64,000 nucleotides of DNA from Elusimicrobiota bacterium. Its GTDB lineage: Bacteria > Elusimicrobiota > Elusimicrobia > FEN-1173. This document shows positions 18,708-28,805 of the stretch, in pieces. The position numbers and the translations under genes were made by a program. The notes below the pieces were generated by a model. It worked only from the letters and a program-made list of their open reading frames with translations, was not told the DNA's origin and ran no database searches. The number at the start of each line of letters is the position of its first letter. Positions within the stretch are counted from its first letter, which is position 1. The stretch spans positions 768,887 through 832,886 of the forward strand of contig JADKIY010000001.1 in NCBI GenBank assembly GCA_016722575.1, given 5' to 3'.

Positions 18708-19604
18708 ATGCGCCTTGGACTCCACGTGTCGGTCAGGAACGGTCCCGTGACGGCTCTCCGTCGGGCGGCGGGGCTGGGCGCCCAAACCCTGCAGATGTTC
18801 GCGCGACATCCCCGGCGGTGGCGGGGGCCCGGGTGGGACGACGACACGGTGTCCGTCTTTCGCCGCCTTCGGGAATCCCTGGGTCTTTCGCCCCTCCTCA
18901 TTCATTCCGCCTTTGTTCCCAATCTTTCCGTGTCGGAGGAAAAGTCCCACCGGCGGTCCATCCTTCATTTGGCGGAGGAGCTGCGACGGTCCGAGGCCCT
19001 GGGAGCCGACGCCTTTGTGATTCACGCGGGGGCGGCCTCGCCGGGGCGGAAGCCGGCGGAAGGGGTGGAACGGTTTCGGGCCGCCGTCCGCGAAGCGACC
19101 GTTTTGGCGCCCGGCCGGGTGTCGATTTTGTTGGAGAACGTGCCCGGCGGCGGCCGCCGCCTGGGGGGGGATTTCGGGGAGGTGGCGGCGCTCTTAAACG
19201 CGCTCCCTTCCGATCGCCGTCCCGGCCTCTGCTTCGACACCGGCCACGCCTGGGGCGCGGGTTGGGATCTTTCCACCGCCTCGGGCATTGAGAGGACGGT
19301 GACCGCCCTGGAACGCTCGGTGGGCCTTTCCGCGATTCGCGTGTTCCACGTCAACGATTCGGCGGCGCCCCGGGGAAGCGGACTGGATTGGCACAACCAT
19401 CTGGGAAAAGGGCTCATTGGGATCGACTCGCTTCGGGCCTTTTTTGCCCGGGCCGGGCGCCGCGACGCCGCCTACATCATGGAAACCCCCCGGGACGCCA
19501 TCGACGCCGACGAGCAAAATTTCAAGGCGATGACCCGCGGGCTCGCGGGCTTGTTTGACGGCGAACCTTCCGATAAAATGTCGCCGAATGACCTCCTCCT
19601 CTAA
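18708..19604 (+). CDS. nfo: Endonuclease IV (AP endonuclease family 2, TIM-barrel)
   Basis: MRLGLHVSV...AQTLQMF...LIHSAFVPNLS...FVIHAGA...FDTGHAW... carries the conserved metal-binding His/Asp/Glu pattern. Confidence 0.85.
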   Translation: MRLGLHVSVRNGPVTALRRAAGLGAQTLQMFARHPRRWRGPGWDDDTVSVFRRLRESLGLSPLLIHSAFVPNLSVSEEKSHRRSILHLAEELRRSEALGADAFVIHAGAASPGRKPAEGVERFRAAVREATVLAPGRVSILLENVPGGGRRLGGDFGEVAALLNALPSDRRPGLCFDTGHAWGAGWDLSTASGIERTVTALERSVGLSAIRVFHVNDSAAPRGSGLDWHNHLGKGLIGIDSLRAFFARAGRRDAAYIMETPRDAIDADEQNFKAMTRGLAGLFDGEPSDKMSPNDLLL

Positions 19605-20271
19605 TTCCGCCGGTCATCGCGCCCGCCTGCGGGAGCGATGGCGCCAAACCGGTCCCGCTGGGTTCCCCGACTACGAACTGCTGGAGCTCTTGTTGACCCA
19701 GGCGGTGCCCCGGCGGGACACCAAGCCCTTGGCCAAAGAGCTGCTCCGCCGGTTCGGAACCCTCAAAGGGGTGCTGGACGCCTCGGCGGTGGAGCTGGAA
19801 TCCGTTCCGCGCATCGGCCCCGGGGTTTCTTTTTTCTTTTCCATCCTCCGGGGAACCATGGAACGCTATTTCGAATCCGAGGCCCGAAAAACCGATCTGC
19901 TCAATTCTCCGGAGGCGGTGATCCGCTACTGCCGGGCGTCCCTGGAAGGGCTTAAGAACGAAGTCTTTGACGTGATTTTCGTTTCGACCAAAAACCGGGT
20001 TCTGGGCCGGGAACGCCTTTCGGAGGGGACCATCGACCAGGCCGCCGTCTACCCCCGGCGGGTGGTGTCCTCCGCTCTGGCGGCCAACGCGGCCTCCCTC
20101 ATATTTGTTCACAACCACCCCTCCGGGGACCCCACGCCCTCGCCGGAGGACAAGCAGTTGACCCGCCGCCTGGAGGAAGCCGCCCAGACCGTCGGAATCC
20201 CCGTGTTGGATCATTTGATCGTGGGGAACGGCGCCCACTTCAGCTTCCGCGAACAAGGCCTCCTGGCGTGA
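19588..20271 (+). CDS. radC: RadC-family (JAB/MPN domain) DNA repair protein
   Basis: C-terminal JAMM-like motif LIFVHNHPSGDPTPSPEDKQLT. N-terminal HhH-like region. Start overlaps the nfo 3' end; ATG 19555 is an alternative. Confidence 0.85.
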   Translation: MTSSSNSAGHRARLRERWRQTGPAGFPDYELLELLLTQAVPRRDTKPLAKELLRRFGTLKGVLDASAVELESVPRIGPGVSFFFSILRGTMERYFESEARKTDLLNSPEAVIRYCRASLEGLKNEVFDVIFVSTKNRVLGRERLSEGTIDQAAVYPRRVVSSALAANAASLIFVHNHPSGDPTPSPEDKQLTRRLEEAAQTVGIPVLDHLIVGNGAHFSFREQGLLA

Positions 20272-20656
20272 CGGCCCGGGGATGGTGGGCCGCGGCGGCG
20301 GTGTGGTGCGGGATTATTTTTGCCCTTTCGGCCATCCCGGATCGAAGCCAGGGCGGGGCGCCCCTGCCCGCCACGATGTCCCGAAAAATGGCGCATTTGA
20401 TCGAATATGGTTTTTTGGCTTTTTTGACCGCCCAGGCCCTTCGGGCGGGGAATCGTCCCCGTCGGGTCGTTCTGGGGGGCGCCCTGCTTTTTTGCGTTCT
20501 CTACGCCGCTTCCGATGAATTTCACCAATCTTTCGTGCCGGGTCGGTACGCCAAAGTGCGGGACGTGGCCCTGGACGCCCTGGGGGCCGCTTTGACCCTC
20601 TCCATCTACCACCGCCGGGTTTTGGTTTTAACGAGCGGGAAGGAAACACGGAACCC

Positions 20657-20660
<4 letters not shown>
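20268..20660 (+). CDS. VanZ-like family membrane protein
   Basis: Small multi-TM protein with [11 protein letters not shown]...DV.LDALGA, characteristic of VanZ-like proteins. Confidence 0.55.
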
Positions 20661-21121
<461 letters not shown>

Positions 21122-21164
21122 GGCGTCGGGTCGTTTTCCGACGAGGCTGTGGTATAATGGGGAC

Positions 21165-21884
21165 ATGGAACCCCGCCCCGATGATTATTTCAAAGGGATC
21201 AACTTCGACAAATCCTGGGAAGAAGAGGATTGGGAGAAGTTTTTTGACGCCCAGGAACGCCTGATCCGGGATTACCATTGGGTGGGCACCCCCCCGGAGC
21301 GCCCCGCCGCCGATCCGTCCCTGTCGTTCCGCCAGGTCCTCCGCCGCTTCGGCATGGATCCGGACAGCCCCAACACCCCGCCGCGGTCCTTTTACTACAC
21401 CGGGGAAGAGCCTTCGGAGGAACCGAACACCCCGCCGGGCCTTAAATTCTGGCAACAGGGCGCCGATCACGAATCCCTCCCGATGTATTGCCAGGCCAAG
21501 TGCTACGCCTACCGCGTGGTGCTCCTGATCGACGCGCGTTTTTCCAAATTTTTGGCCAAGACCTACAAAAGCCGCTCCCATCGGGAATTCCAAAAAGCCC
21601 TGACCGAATGGCGCCGCGTGGCCCAGGCCATTCCCCGCTTGGTGGCCGAAGGGCACCGCCTGGGCTACGACCCCGCCGGGGTCAAGGGAAACATCGTGTT
21701 CTGCCGGCGGGCCCTGGCCCGAACGGACGTCTGCGTTGGCCTCCTTTCCAAGATCCCCGTCCGCCATTGGTCCCGGCCGGACCACCAGCGATTCACCCAG
21801 GAAACCCTGCGGCTTCGAAACGCCCTGCACCGGTGGATTGATTTGTTGCGGGACCGGTTCGCCCCGCACCGCTCCCAACCTTAA
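21165..21884 (+). CDS. Hypothetical protein
   Basis: 239-aa ORF with protein-like composition. No recognised motif. Confidence 0.45.
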   Translation: MEPRPDDYFKGINFDKSWEEEDWEKFFDAQERLIRDYHWVGTPPERPAADPSLSFRQVLRRFGMDPDSPNTPPRSFYYTGEEPSEEPNTPPGLKFWQQGADHESLPMYCQAKCYAYRVVLLIDARFSKFLAKTYKSRSHREFQKALTEWRRVAQAIPRLVAEGHRLGYDPAGVKGNIVFCRRALARTDVCVGLLSKIPVRHWSRPDHQRFTQETLRLRNALHRWIDLLRDRFAPHRSQP

Positions 21885-21888
21885 CTTT

Positions 21889-22998
21889 ATGTCCCTCCCC
21901 GTGACGGCGTTGGTCGTTGTGACGGTCCTCCTGGCCGTCGGGCTCCTCTGGGCCCTTTGGGGGCGCCGGCCTTCGCCGCCGGACAACGGTTTAACCCTTC
22001 TTCAACAACAGTTGGATCTCCTGCGCCAACAATCGGCGGAATCCAGCCAATCCCAGTCCCGGGCCCTCGCCGAAAACCTGTCGCGCCTGACCTCCGAGGT
22101 CAACCGGCAAATGGAAGCGGTGTCCCGGCAGGTGTTGGAAGGCCAAAAGTCCGTGGGCGACCGCCTGGACAACGCCGCGCGCGTTGTGGGCGAGGTTCAA
22201 AAGAACCTGGGGGCCCTGGGCGAAGCTTCCGAAAAGATTTTCGAGGTGGGCAAGGACATCGCCGGGTTGCAGGACATCTTGCGGGCGCCGAAACTTCGGG
22301 GCGGCCTGGGGGAGTATTTCCTAACGGACCTCCTTTCCCAAATCCTCCCCGCCCGGAACGTCACCTTTCAATACGCCTTCCGGTCCCGGGAAACCGTGGA
22401 CGCCGTCATCCGCCTGGGCGAACGCCTGGTCCCGGTGGACGCCAAGTTTCCCCTGGAGACCTTCCGCAAGGTGCTTGACGCCAAGTCCGACGAGGATCGA
22501 CTCGCGTTCCGCCGGAAGTTCACCCAGGACGTGCGCAAGCACGTGGACGCCATCGCCGCCAAATACATTCTGCCCGACGAAGGCACCTACGATTTCGCCC
22601 TGATGTACATCCCCGCCGAAAACGTGTATTACGAATGCATCGTGAAAGACGACAACGCCGGGTCCGACAGCGCCCTGGTGGAATACGCCCTAAAACGCCG
22701 CGTGGTTCCCGTGTCCCCGGGGAGCTTTTACGCCTACCTCCAGGCCATCGCCATGGGGTTGCGGGGGTTTCAGATCGAAGAGAACGCCCGCCGCATCATG
22801 GACGACCTGGGGCGTCTTCGGGTGGATTTTGAACGATTCGCCGAGGAATTCGAGGTGCTGGGCAAGCACTTGTCCAACGCCAAGGTGAAGCACGACGACG
22901 CGGGTCGGCGGCTCGACCGGTTTCAAGAAAAACTGGAACGGGTGCAAGACGCCCCCGCGTTGGCCAAAGACCCTTCCGAACCCGCCGCCCTCCCTTAA
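21889..22998 (+). CDS. rmuC: DNA recombination protein RmuC
   Basis: N-terminal TM helix, a long coiled-coil, and the RmuC C-terminal nuclease-like region (FLTDLLSQILP...VDAKFPLE...YILPDEGTYDFALMYIPAENVYYE). Confidence 0.8.
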   Translation: MSLPVTALVVVTVLLAVGLLWALWGRRPSPPDNGLTLLQQQLDLLRQQSAESSQSQSRALAENLSRLTSEVNRQMEAVSRQVLEGQKSVGDRLDNAARVVGEVQKNLGALGEASEKIFEVGKDIAGLQDILRAPKLRGGLGEYFLTDLLSQILPARNVTFQYAFRSRETVDAVIRLGERLVPVDAKFPLETFRKVLDAKSDEDRLAFRRKFTQDVRKHVDAIAAKYILPDEGTYDFALMYIPAENVYYECIVKDDNAGSDSALVEYALKRRVVPVSPGSFYAYLQAIAMGLRGFQIEENARRIMDDLGRLRVDFERFAEEFEVLGKHLSNAKVKHDDAGRRLDRFQEKLERVQDAPALAKDPSEPAALP

Positions 22999-23140
22999 TC
23001 GTTGGCCGACCGCTAAAAAACCCTATCGTACGCCATTCCGGAATGATCGTGTCCGGAATCCATGTTTTTCTCCGACGGAAGAGAACCCCTGGATTCCGGC
23101 CAGAGGCATGCCGGAATGACGGGCCCTTGGGTTTGTCAGA

Positions 23141-23170
23141 GAAAAAAAATCCCCGCGGAGGGCCGCGGGG
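23141..23170 (-). terminator. Rho-independent terminator downstream of the giant-locus last ORF
   Basis: Minus strand reads CCCCGCGGccctCCGCGGGG followed by TTTTTTTTT. Lies 40 nt past the stop at 23210. Confidence 0.6.
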
Positions 23171-23209
23171 ATCGGGGTGAATCGGTTTACCGTTTGATCG
23201 GCGGTGGAA

Positions 23210-25795
23210 TTACGCCTGGGTCATGATCTTGAGCATCGTCGCGATGTCGTTGGCGATGGCTTCGGAAAGCTTTTGCAGGCCGATGATCAGGAAACCCGCG
23301 GCTTTGGTGACGCTCTCGGCGTTCCGGGCGATGATCCGGGTTCCTTTCATCATTCCCGCTTTCTGGTTTTCCGGCCGGTTGATCCAGGCCACCACTTCCG
23401 ACATGACCACGCGGCCCTCGGCGTCCACCAGCCCCGGCACGCGGCCGGGCGTCAGCACGTGGACCACCGCTTCTTTTTGCACGGCATTGGCGAAGACATC
23501 GTTCAAGGGGTTGGCGCCTTCGGCCGCGACGATTAAATTGGTTCCCGGTCGGACCGCTTCGGCCAGCCCCGTGAGGAAAATCCGCATGTCCTTCTGTTCC
23601 CGGGCGCTCCAACCCATGTAACCAACCAAATTGACGTGGAGGGTGGTGGCCGAATCCTGGGCGGCCCGGGCCCCCGCGGCCAGCAGAGCGCCTTCGGCCA
23701 ATTGTTCCTGACGGGCGGGTTCGTTGATCAGCCGCCGGGCGGCGGCGCGGTCGTTGGAAAGGAGCTGGACGAGGCTTTCGAAACCGCTCAGCCGGGTGGC
23801 GTCGTCCACCGACGTGTATTCCGAACGAAGGTCGTTGAAGTTTCGCGCGGTCCAATAATCGCCGCTTCCGACCGGGGTCGGAATCGTGAAATTGAAGGGT
23901 TCCGCTTTGGAACCCAAAAGCGTTTCCATGAGGGCCAATCGCGCCCAGGCGTTAAAGTCTTCCTCGCCCGTTCCGGGGGACCGGCGGCCGTTGGGCCCCT
24001 TGGGCGTTTCGACGCCCGCGGGCAGACCGAGGGTCGGCGATTTGGGGGTGGCCGGGATCCCCAGGTCCACGGGGAAGGACCGGTTCCGGGCGTCCACAAA
24101 CGTGAGGGTGACCCGTCCGTCCGTCACGCCGACCGTGTAGGTGGTCAACCCGTAGACCGCTTGAACCCGGAAAACCCGTTGGCCGATCAAGGGAACCAGC
24201 CGATTGATTTCGGCTTTGACGGCGCTGTGGTTGGGGCTTAAGAGCGCGGGCGTCGGGGATTCGCGAAGAAGGAAGGACACCACGGCCGGAACGACGTCGT
24301 ACCGCAGCCAGAAGGCGTTTCGCGGAGACAAATTCGTCGCGCCCAGAACGCCCAGGGCCTGGGGATTGTAAAACTCCAGGGCGGCCGGCAATCCGAACCG
24401 TTCGCGAACGCCCGGCCAGTCTTTGGCGGCGGCGTCGATGTAGGGAAGCAGGGAGGAGGCGATCCGGGAATCCTCCGCCAAGGTGTCGGCTTCGGCCGTT
24501 TGGCGGTTGTCCCGGGCGATGTGCCCCGCCTCGTGGCCCCAGGTGTTCAAAAGGCCCACGGCCGTGTTGTTGCGGTCCAAATAAACGACCCGCTTGGCGT
24601 CGGCGTCCGATTCGCCCTTCTTTTTTAAATCGTTGAACAATCCCAGGGCCGGCAAATTGGAGGTGATCACCACCGCGCCGACCTTGGAGGTGTCCAGTTT
24701 CCAGGTGTGGGTCACCTCCAAAAGCCAGGCCAAAATCTTGGCGTCGTCGGCCGTGTTCGCTCCCTCCAAATTAATTTTTTGAAGTTGAGCCGAGGCCTGC
24801 AGAAGCGGGTTGGACTTTGCCATCCATTGCTCGGCCCGCTTGATCGACGCCTCGCTGGGCGCCAACTGGGACATGTCCAGGCGGGCCACTTGGGCCCGTT
24901 CCAGCGTGGCCAGGGGCAGGTTCGGGGTTTCCACGTTGGCTTGGGAAAGGGCCAGGGGGACGCTCAAAAGGTTGAGGGACAGGAGGGCGGCGGTGGCCAG
25001 GCCTTTGACGAAGCCGGTGCGATCGGCCATCCATCGCGCGACGGAATCGCGTACGTTGAGAAGCGCGTGGGCCGCGACCCCGGCGGCCGCCGCCGCGGCG
25101 GTCATCCAATGGGACACGCCGCCGGTCATAAACAGGTCCAGCATCATGAGAGGGACGAAGGTAGTGGACGCGATGGCCGTGGCCCCCACGGCGCGCCCAA
25201 AGGTTCCCGGGGCGGGCTCAAACCGTTTCGTCGCCGGGTTGTAATTCAGAATGCCGCTCACGTAGTGGGCGCCGAAAAGGGCTACTCCCAACGTGGCGTC
25301 GTTCAGCAGATCGGAGCCTTCCGCGTAGCCGGTGAAGGGAAGAAGGAAGTTCACCGCCAGGAGGAGCACCGATTCCAGGGCGCCGAAAAGGGCGAAGGAA
25401 AGGTTTCGGGAATTCCCGAGGGACGGGAACCGGTCCAAAAGGGCGTTGGCCACCGGCGCCCACCAGCCGACGGCGCCGCGGGTCGGGCCGTGGGCGGGGG
25501 CCGCGGCGGCGGGTTTCGTGGCCGAGAAACCAAGGCCGGTTAGCACTTCCGTTTGAATAAACTGGGTCAATTTCGGCCAAAGGGTGTCCGGTTCTTCGTC
25601 GGGCATTTCGATAACGACGAGCTTGTCCTCAAATCCAAGCTTTTTGGCCTGGGCCTTGAGCACCGCGAGGGCCGTGGCGGCGGGACGACCGTCCGGCCGA
25701 AGGGCCTTGGTGTCGACGAAGGCGATCAGGAAGTCGGGTTTGCGGGCGCGCAGGGTGTTCTCGTCGAATTTCGTCGTCGCGGGCGGGATATACAC
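23210..25795 (-). CDS. Giant-locus ORF3: polytopic membrane protein with an M48-like HEAGH zinc-metalloprotease motif
   Basis: 861 aa from GTG 25795. TM-rich region at aa ~130-285. NNTAVGLLNTWGHEAGHIARDN maps to 24521-24556 and resembles the M48 active site. The frame is open upstream to 25964 with no start codon, so it may be fused to ORF2 by a frameshift. Confidence 0.6.
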   Translation of the reverse strand: MYIPPATTKFDENTLRARKPDFLIAFVDTKALRPDGRPAATALAVLKAQAKKLGFEDKLVVIEMPDEEPDTLWPKLTQFIQTEVLTGLGFSATKPAAAAPAHGPTRGAVGWWAPVANALLDRFPSLGNSRNLSFALFGALESVLLLAVNFLLPFTGYAEGSDLLNDATLGVALFGAHYVSGILNYNPATKRFEPAPGTFGRAVGATAIASTTFVPLMMLDLFMTGGVSHWMTAAAAAAGVAAHALLNVRDSVARWMADRTGFVKGLATAALLSLNLLSVPLALSQANVETPNLPLATLERAQVARLDMSQLAPSEASIKRAEQWMAKSNPLLQASAQLQKINLEGANTADDAKILAWLLEVTHTWKLDTSKVGAVVITSNLPALGLFNDLKKKGESDADAKRVVYLDRNNTAVGLLNTWGHEAGHIARDNRQTAEADTLAEDSRIASSLLPYIDAAAKDWPGVRERFGLPAALEFYNPQALGVLGATNLSPRNAFWLRYDVVPAVVSFLLRESPTPALLSPNHSAVKAEINRLVPLIGQRVFRVQAVYGLTTYTVGVTDGRVTLTFVDARNRSFPVDLGIPATPKSPTLGLPAGVETPKGPNGRRSPGTGEEDFNAWARLALMETLLGSKAEPFNFTIPTPVGSGDYWTARNFNDLRSEYTSVDDATRLSGFESLVQLLSNDRAAARRLINEPARQEQLAEGALLAAGARAAQDSATTLHVNLVGYMGWSAREQKDMRIFLTGLAEAVRPGTNLIVAAEGANPLNDVFANAVQKEAVVHVLTPGRVPGLVDAEGRVVMSEVVAWINRPENQKAGMMKGTRIIARNAESVTKAAGFLIIGLQKLSEAIANDIATMLKIMTQA

Positions 25796-28700
25796 TTCCG
25801 GGGGTACGGCCGATACGTTGGCTTTCAGGGCTTCGGCGCGGTAATGCCGCGTCCGCCCAAAACCGTTGGCTCCCAGGCCGGCGGAGAAGAACCGAATCGT
25901 CTTCAGGGCTTCGGGGTCCGGGGCCCAGCAGGACTTTGTTTGCGTCCTCCGGGAAGTCCAGTTTCATCCCGCTGCGCATGGTCAGGGTCGTGACGGTCCC
26001 TTCGGGGGACGTCACTTCCAACCGGGGCAGAATGGCGTTGATGGAGGATTGGAACTGATCCCGCTCGGCGGCCGGGACCAGGGAACTGTTGAATTTGAAG
26101 AGCGCCTTGCGCGCCAGAATTTCGGCGATGGCGCTTCGGCTTTCGTTGTTGGAGCAAATGAACATGCCCGTGACGTGATCGTCCTCGGTCAGCCGCCCGC
26201 CGCGGCGCAATTTTTCGACGCTCGCCCGGAGTTTCGCTCCCGCCCGGGCCAGGACCGCTTTTCCTTCCGCGTCGATGTATTTGGGGGCCGCCGGACCGGC
26301 GGTGGGCGCGTGTCCGGCGGTCAAGGCCGTCCAACCGAAGCGGGCGGCGGCCCGGTTGTGGACGGCGTGGAGGGCCACGCTAGCCAGCGCGCCCAGGGGG
26401 GCCAGGAACAGCCCGCCGAAAGGGTCCATGAAGGCCAGGAGCAAAGGCGCGTGAATGGCCATGCCCCGCAGGGCCAAGTTCCACCGGGTTTGCCGGGTGG
26501 CGGGGGCGGGTTCCAATTCCCATCGGCCCAAACGGTCAACCCCCGACTCCGCGGGCTTATAGCGATAGACCGACCGGTGGGAAAAGCCGAAGGCCACGTT
26601 AACGAGGGCGAAGAGGCCGGTGGCCGCGAAGAAGGAATGATCGATGGAGACGCCGAAGAAGGACCCCAGGGCGCTCATCAAGCCCACGGAGGCGTAGAAG
26701 AAGACGCCCGTAGCGAGGGATTCCACCAAGGGGGCCTTTTCGTTGACAATGCGGTTGAGGTCGGCCGGATTATTCTTGTCGAGGTTGAAGACCCAGGCGA
26801 TCAGGGGCACCAGCCCCGGAATCGTCGCGGCAAGCGGTTTCTGTTCAAAATCAGCGGCTCTGACCAAATTGATGGCGACGCCATGGTAGCCGCCCCAATC
26901 CGCCGGCGGCGTCGATAGGAGAATTTTGTGGACGGTTGGCCGGCTACGCACAAATCGCCGAATGATCTCCGGGGTGGCCAGCGGTGTGGGATCGGTTGCA
27001 CCTGTCACAGCGGCGATCAACTTAAGGGCCTTGCGCTGGACGTCGGGGTGGTTCCTTAGGTATTCAAGGTATTCAGAGACAGCTTGTTCCCCGGGCGATA
27101 CGGGGGCGACGGAATGAGCGAAAGTTGTCACAAGCTGAAGGGGCGAGTCCTCGGGCCGCTGAGCGATGCGAGCCATAATCACTTTTAAATCATCGTTGTT
27201 CATCGGGCGGCCGGTGATTTCCTGGAAACGAGCCCGCCAGGCCTGAATATCTTGAGGCGTGAAAACTCTTACGTTGTTGGTAACAGGCTTCGGTTCCGTC
27301 GCGCGCAGGCGCCCCTCCAATTCGGTGCGCAGGGGCTCCGAGGGGAGGCTCTTGTCGATCGCCGGTCCCATGAGGTCTCTGATGTCGTCGGCGCTCAGCG
27401 TGGCTTTGATTTCAGAATGTTTGTATCGCTCTCTTTCGTCCGGGACGATTTCGCCGTTGGGCAATGCGACCTCCCGGCCTTCAAAGGCCCCATACCGGTA
27501 GCCGAGGCGTCCATGTGAGCGATCGCTAAAACGTTTGTCGCCCCCTGTCCCGAGCTCATGAAACTCAAGCCCCGGGACCTCTCCTATTCCCGCATCGGCC
27601 AGTCTCTTTTCCAGCAACATCCCCAGGAAGATGGCCGAAATCTCGTAAGGTTCAACCGACTTCCCTTTCAATTCGTTCAAACGGAATTTCTCATAGATTT
27701 GAGCTGCAATGGATTGATGCAGGTAGATGGTGATGCCTTTGGCGGCTTGAGTCTCATAATCCTTCAGAAACTCCAGCATTTCAAGGCCGTCGGCGACCTT
27801 GTGCGGTATGTTAAGGTCCCAAAGTACCGGCAGTATTGCGTCCAACACACGATCGGCGTCATCCGGCGTCAGGCTGATATGGAATTTCCAGCCCTGTTTG
27901 TCGCGCGGCAGTTCTCCCATTCGAACATCTGCATATCGCCATCCCCGCATCGGAACATATTTATCCTGCGGGGTTTTGAGGCGGATGGGGTCAGTCCCGT
28001 CCTCGCCCTTCCCGGGGCCCTTTCGGGCGGGCGCGTGCCCGGCGGTCAAGGCCGTCCAGCCGAAGCGGGCCGCGGCCCGGTTGTGGACGGCGTGGAGGGC
28101 CACGCTGGCCAGCGCGCCCAGGGGGGCCAGGAACAGCCCGCCGAAGGGATCAACGAAGGCCAGGAGCAAAGGCGCGTGAATGGCCATGCCCCGCAGGGCC
28201 AAGTTCCACCGGGTTTGCCGGGTGGCGGGGGCGGGTTCCAATTCCCATCGGCCCAAACGGTCAACCCCCGGCTCGGCGGGCTTGTAGCGGTAGAAGGAGC
28301 GGTGGGAAAAGCCGAAGGCCACGTTAACGAGGGCGAAGAGGCCGGTGGCCGCGAAGAAGGAATGATCGATGGAGACGCCGAAGAAGGACCCCAGGGCGCT
28401 CAAAATCCCGACGCCGGCGTAGAAGGCGAGGCCGGTGGCGACGGATTCGACCAGGGGGGCCTTCTCGTTGACAATGCGGTTGAGGTCGGCCGGATTGTTC
28501 CTGTCGAGGCCATAGACTCTGGCGATGAGGGGCACCAGCCCCGGAATCGTTGCGGCCGGCGGTGTCGCGGAACTTTCATTTAAGAAGGCATCCAATTGAC
28601 GTTTAACGTTTTTGTTTAACTGCTGCCAGTAGGAAAGACTTTGTTCCCACTCGTTGTAAACCTTGTCGTTGGCGAGGACGTCGGCCACGGCGTCCCCCGT

Positions 28701-28805
28701 GGCTTCAATGTATTTTTGAACGGAAACAAGGAAATCGCGACCGGCTTCGGATTGAATGGCGGAAAGGATTTCCCGATCAACGGTGCGGTCGTCGATCATT
28801 CCCAA
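25629..28805 (-). CDS. Giant-locus ORF2: membrane protein with two near-identical copies of a ~170-aa His-rich four-TM module flanking a ~420-aa soluble region; CX5R(S) motif near the C-terminus
   Basis: 1058 aa from TTG 28805 or ATG 28799. Modules at aa ~85-257 and ~660-832 are ~95% identical. CSNNESRS (C-x5-R-S) maps to ~26150. The last ~60 aa are Arg/Pro-rich and look like an out-of-frame tail. Confidence 0.6.
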   Translation of the reverse strand: MGMIDDRTVDREILSAIQSEAGRDFLVSVQKYIEATGDAVADVLANDKVYNEWEQSLSYWQQLNKNVKRQLDAFLNESSATPPAATIPGLVPLIARVYGLDRNNPADLNRIVNEKAPLVESVATGLAFYAGVGILSALGSFFGVSIDHSFFAATGLFALVNVAFGFSHRSFYRYKPAEPGVDRLGRWELEPAPATRQTRWNLALRGMAIHAPLLLAFVDPFGGLFLAPLGALASVALHAVHNRAAARFGWTALTAGHAPARKGPGKGEDGTDPIRLKTPQDKYVPMRGWRYADVRMGELPRDKQGWKFHISLTPDDADRVLDAILPVLWDLNIPHKVADGLEMLEFLKDYETQAAKGITIYLHQSIAAQIYEKFRLNELKGKSVEPYEISAIFLGMLLEKRLADAGIGEVPGLEFHELGTGGDKRFSDRSHGRLGYRYGAFEGREVALPNGEIVPDERERYKHSEIKATLSADDIRDLMGPAIDKSLPSEPLRTELEGRLRATEPKPVTNNVRVFTPQDIQAWRARFQEITGRPMNNDDLKVIMARIAQRPEDSPLQLVTTFAHSVAPVSPGEQAVSEYLEYLRNHPDVQRKALKLIAAVTGATDPTPLATPEIIRRFVRSRPTVHKILLSTPPADWGGYHGVAINLVRAADFEQKPLAATIPGLVPLIAWVFNLDKNNPADLNRIVNEKAPLVESLATGVFFYASVGLMSALGSFFGVSIDHSFFAATGLFALVNVAFGFSHRSVYRYKPAESGVDRLGRWELEPAPATRQTRWNLALRGMAIHAPLLLAFMDPFGGLFLAPLGALASVALHAVHNRAAARFGWTALTAGHAPTAGPAAPKYIDAEGKAVLARAGAKLRASVEKLRRGGRLTEDDHVTGMFICSNNESRSAIAEILARKALFKFNSSLVPAAERDQFQSSINAILPRLEVTSPEGTVTTLTMRSGMKLDFPEDANKVLLGPGPRSPEDDSVLLRRPGSQRFWADAALPRRSPESQRIGRTPGSVYPARDDEIRREHPARPQTRLPDRLRRHQGPSAGRSSRRHGPRGAQGPGQKAWI
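26309..26828. repeat. ~520-bp direct repeat, copy 2 (encodes a four-TM His-rich module)
   Basis: Near-identical to 28034-28553; the six-frame side ORFs 26321-26539 and 28046-28264 translate almost identically. Copies are separated by 1725 bp. Confidence 0.8.
28034..28553. repeat. ~520-bp direct repeat, copy 1 (encodes a four-TM His-rich module)
   Basis: See 26309-26828. Confidence 0.8.

Noticed and set aside
25629-26200. Calling the ORF2 C-terminal CX5R region a bona fide low-molecular-weight protein tyrosine phosphatase
   Set aside because: The C-x5-R-S P-loop is present, but the expected downstream SAG/DP motifs are not at canonical spacing in the same frame.
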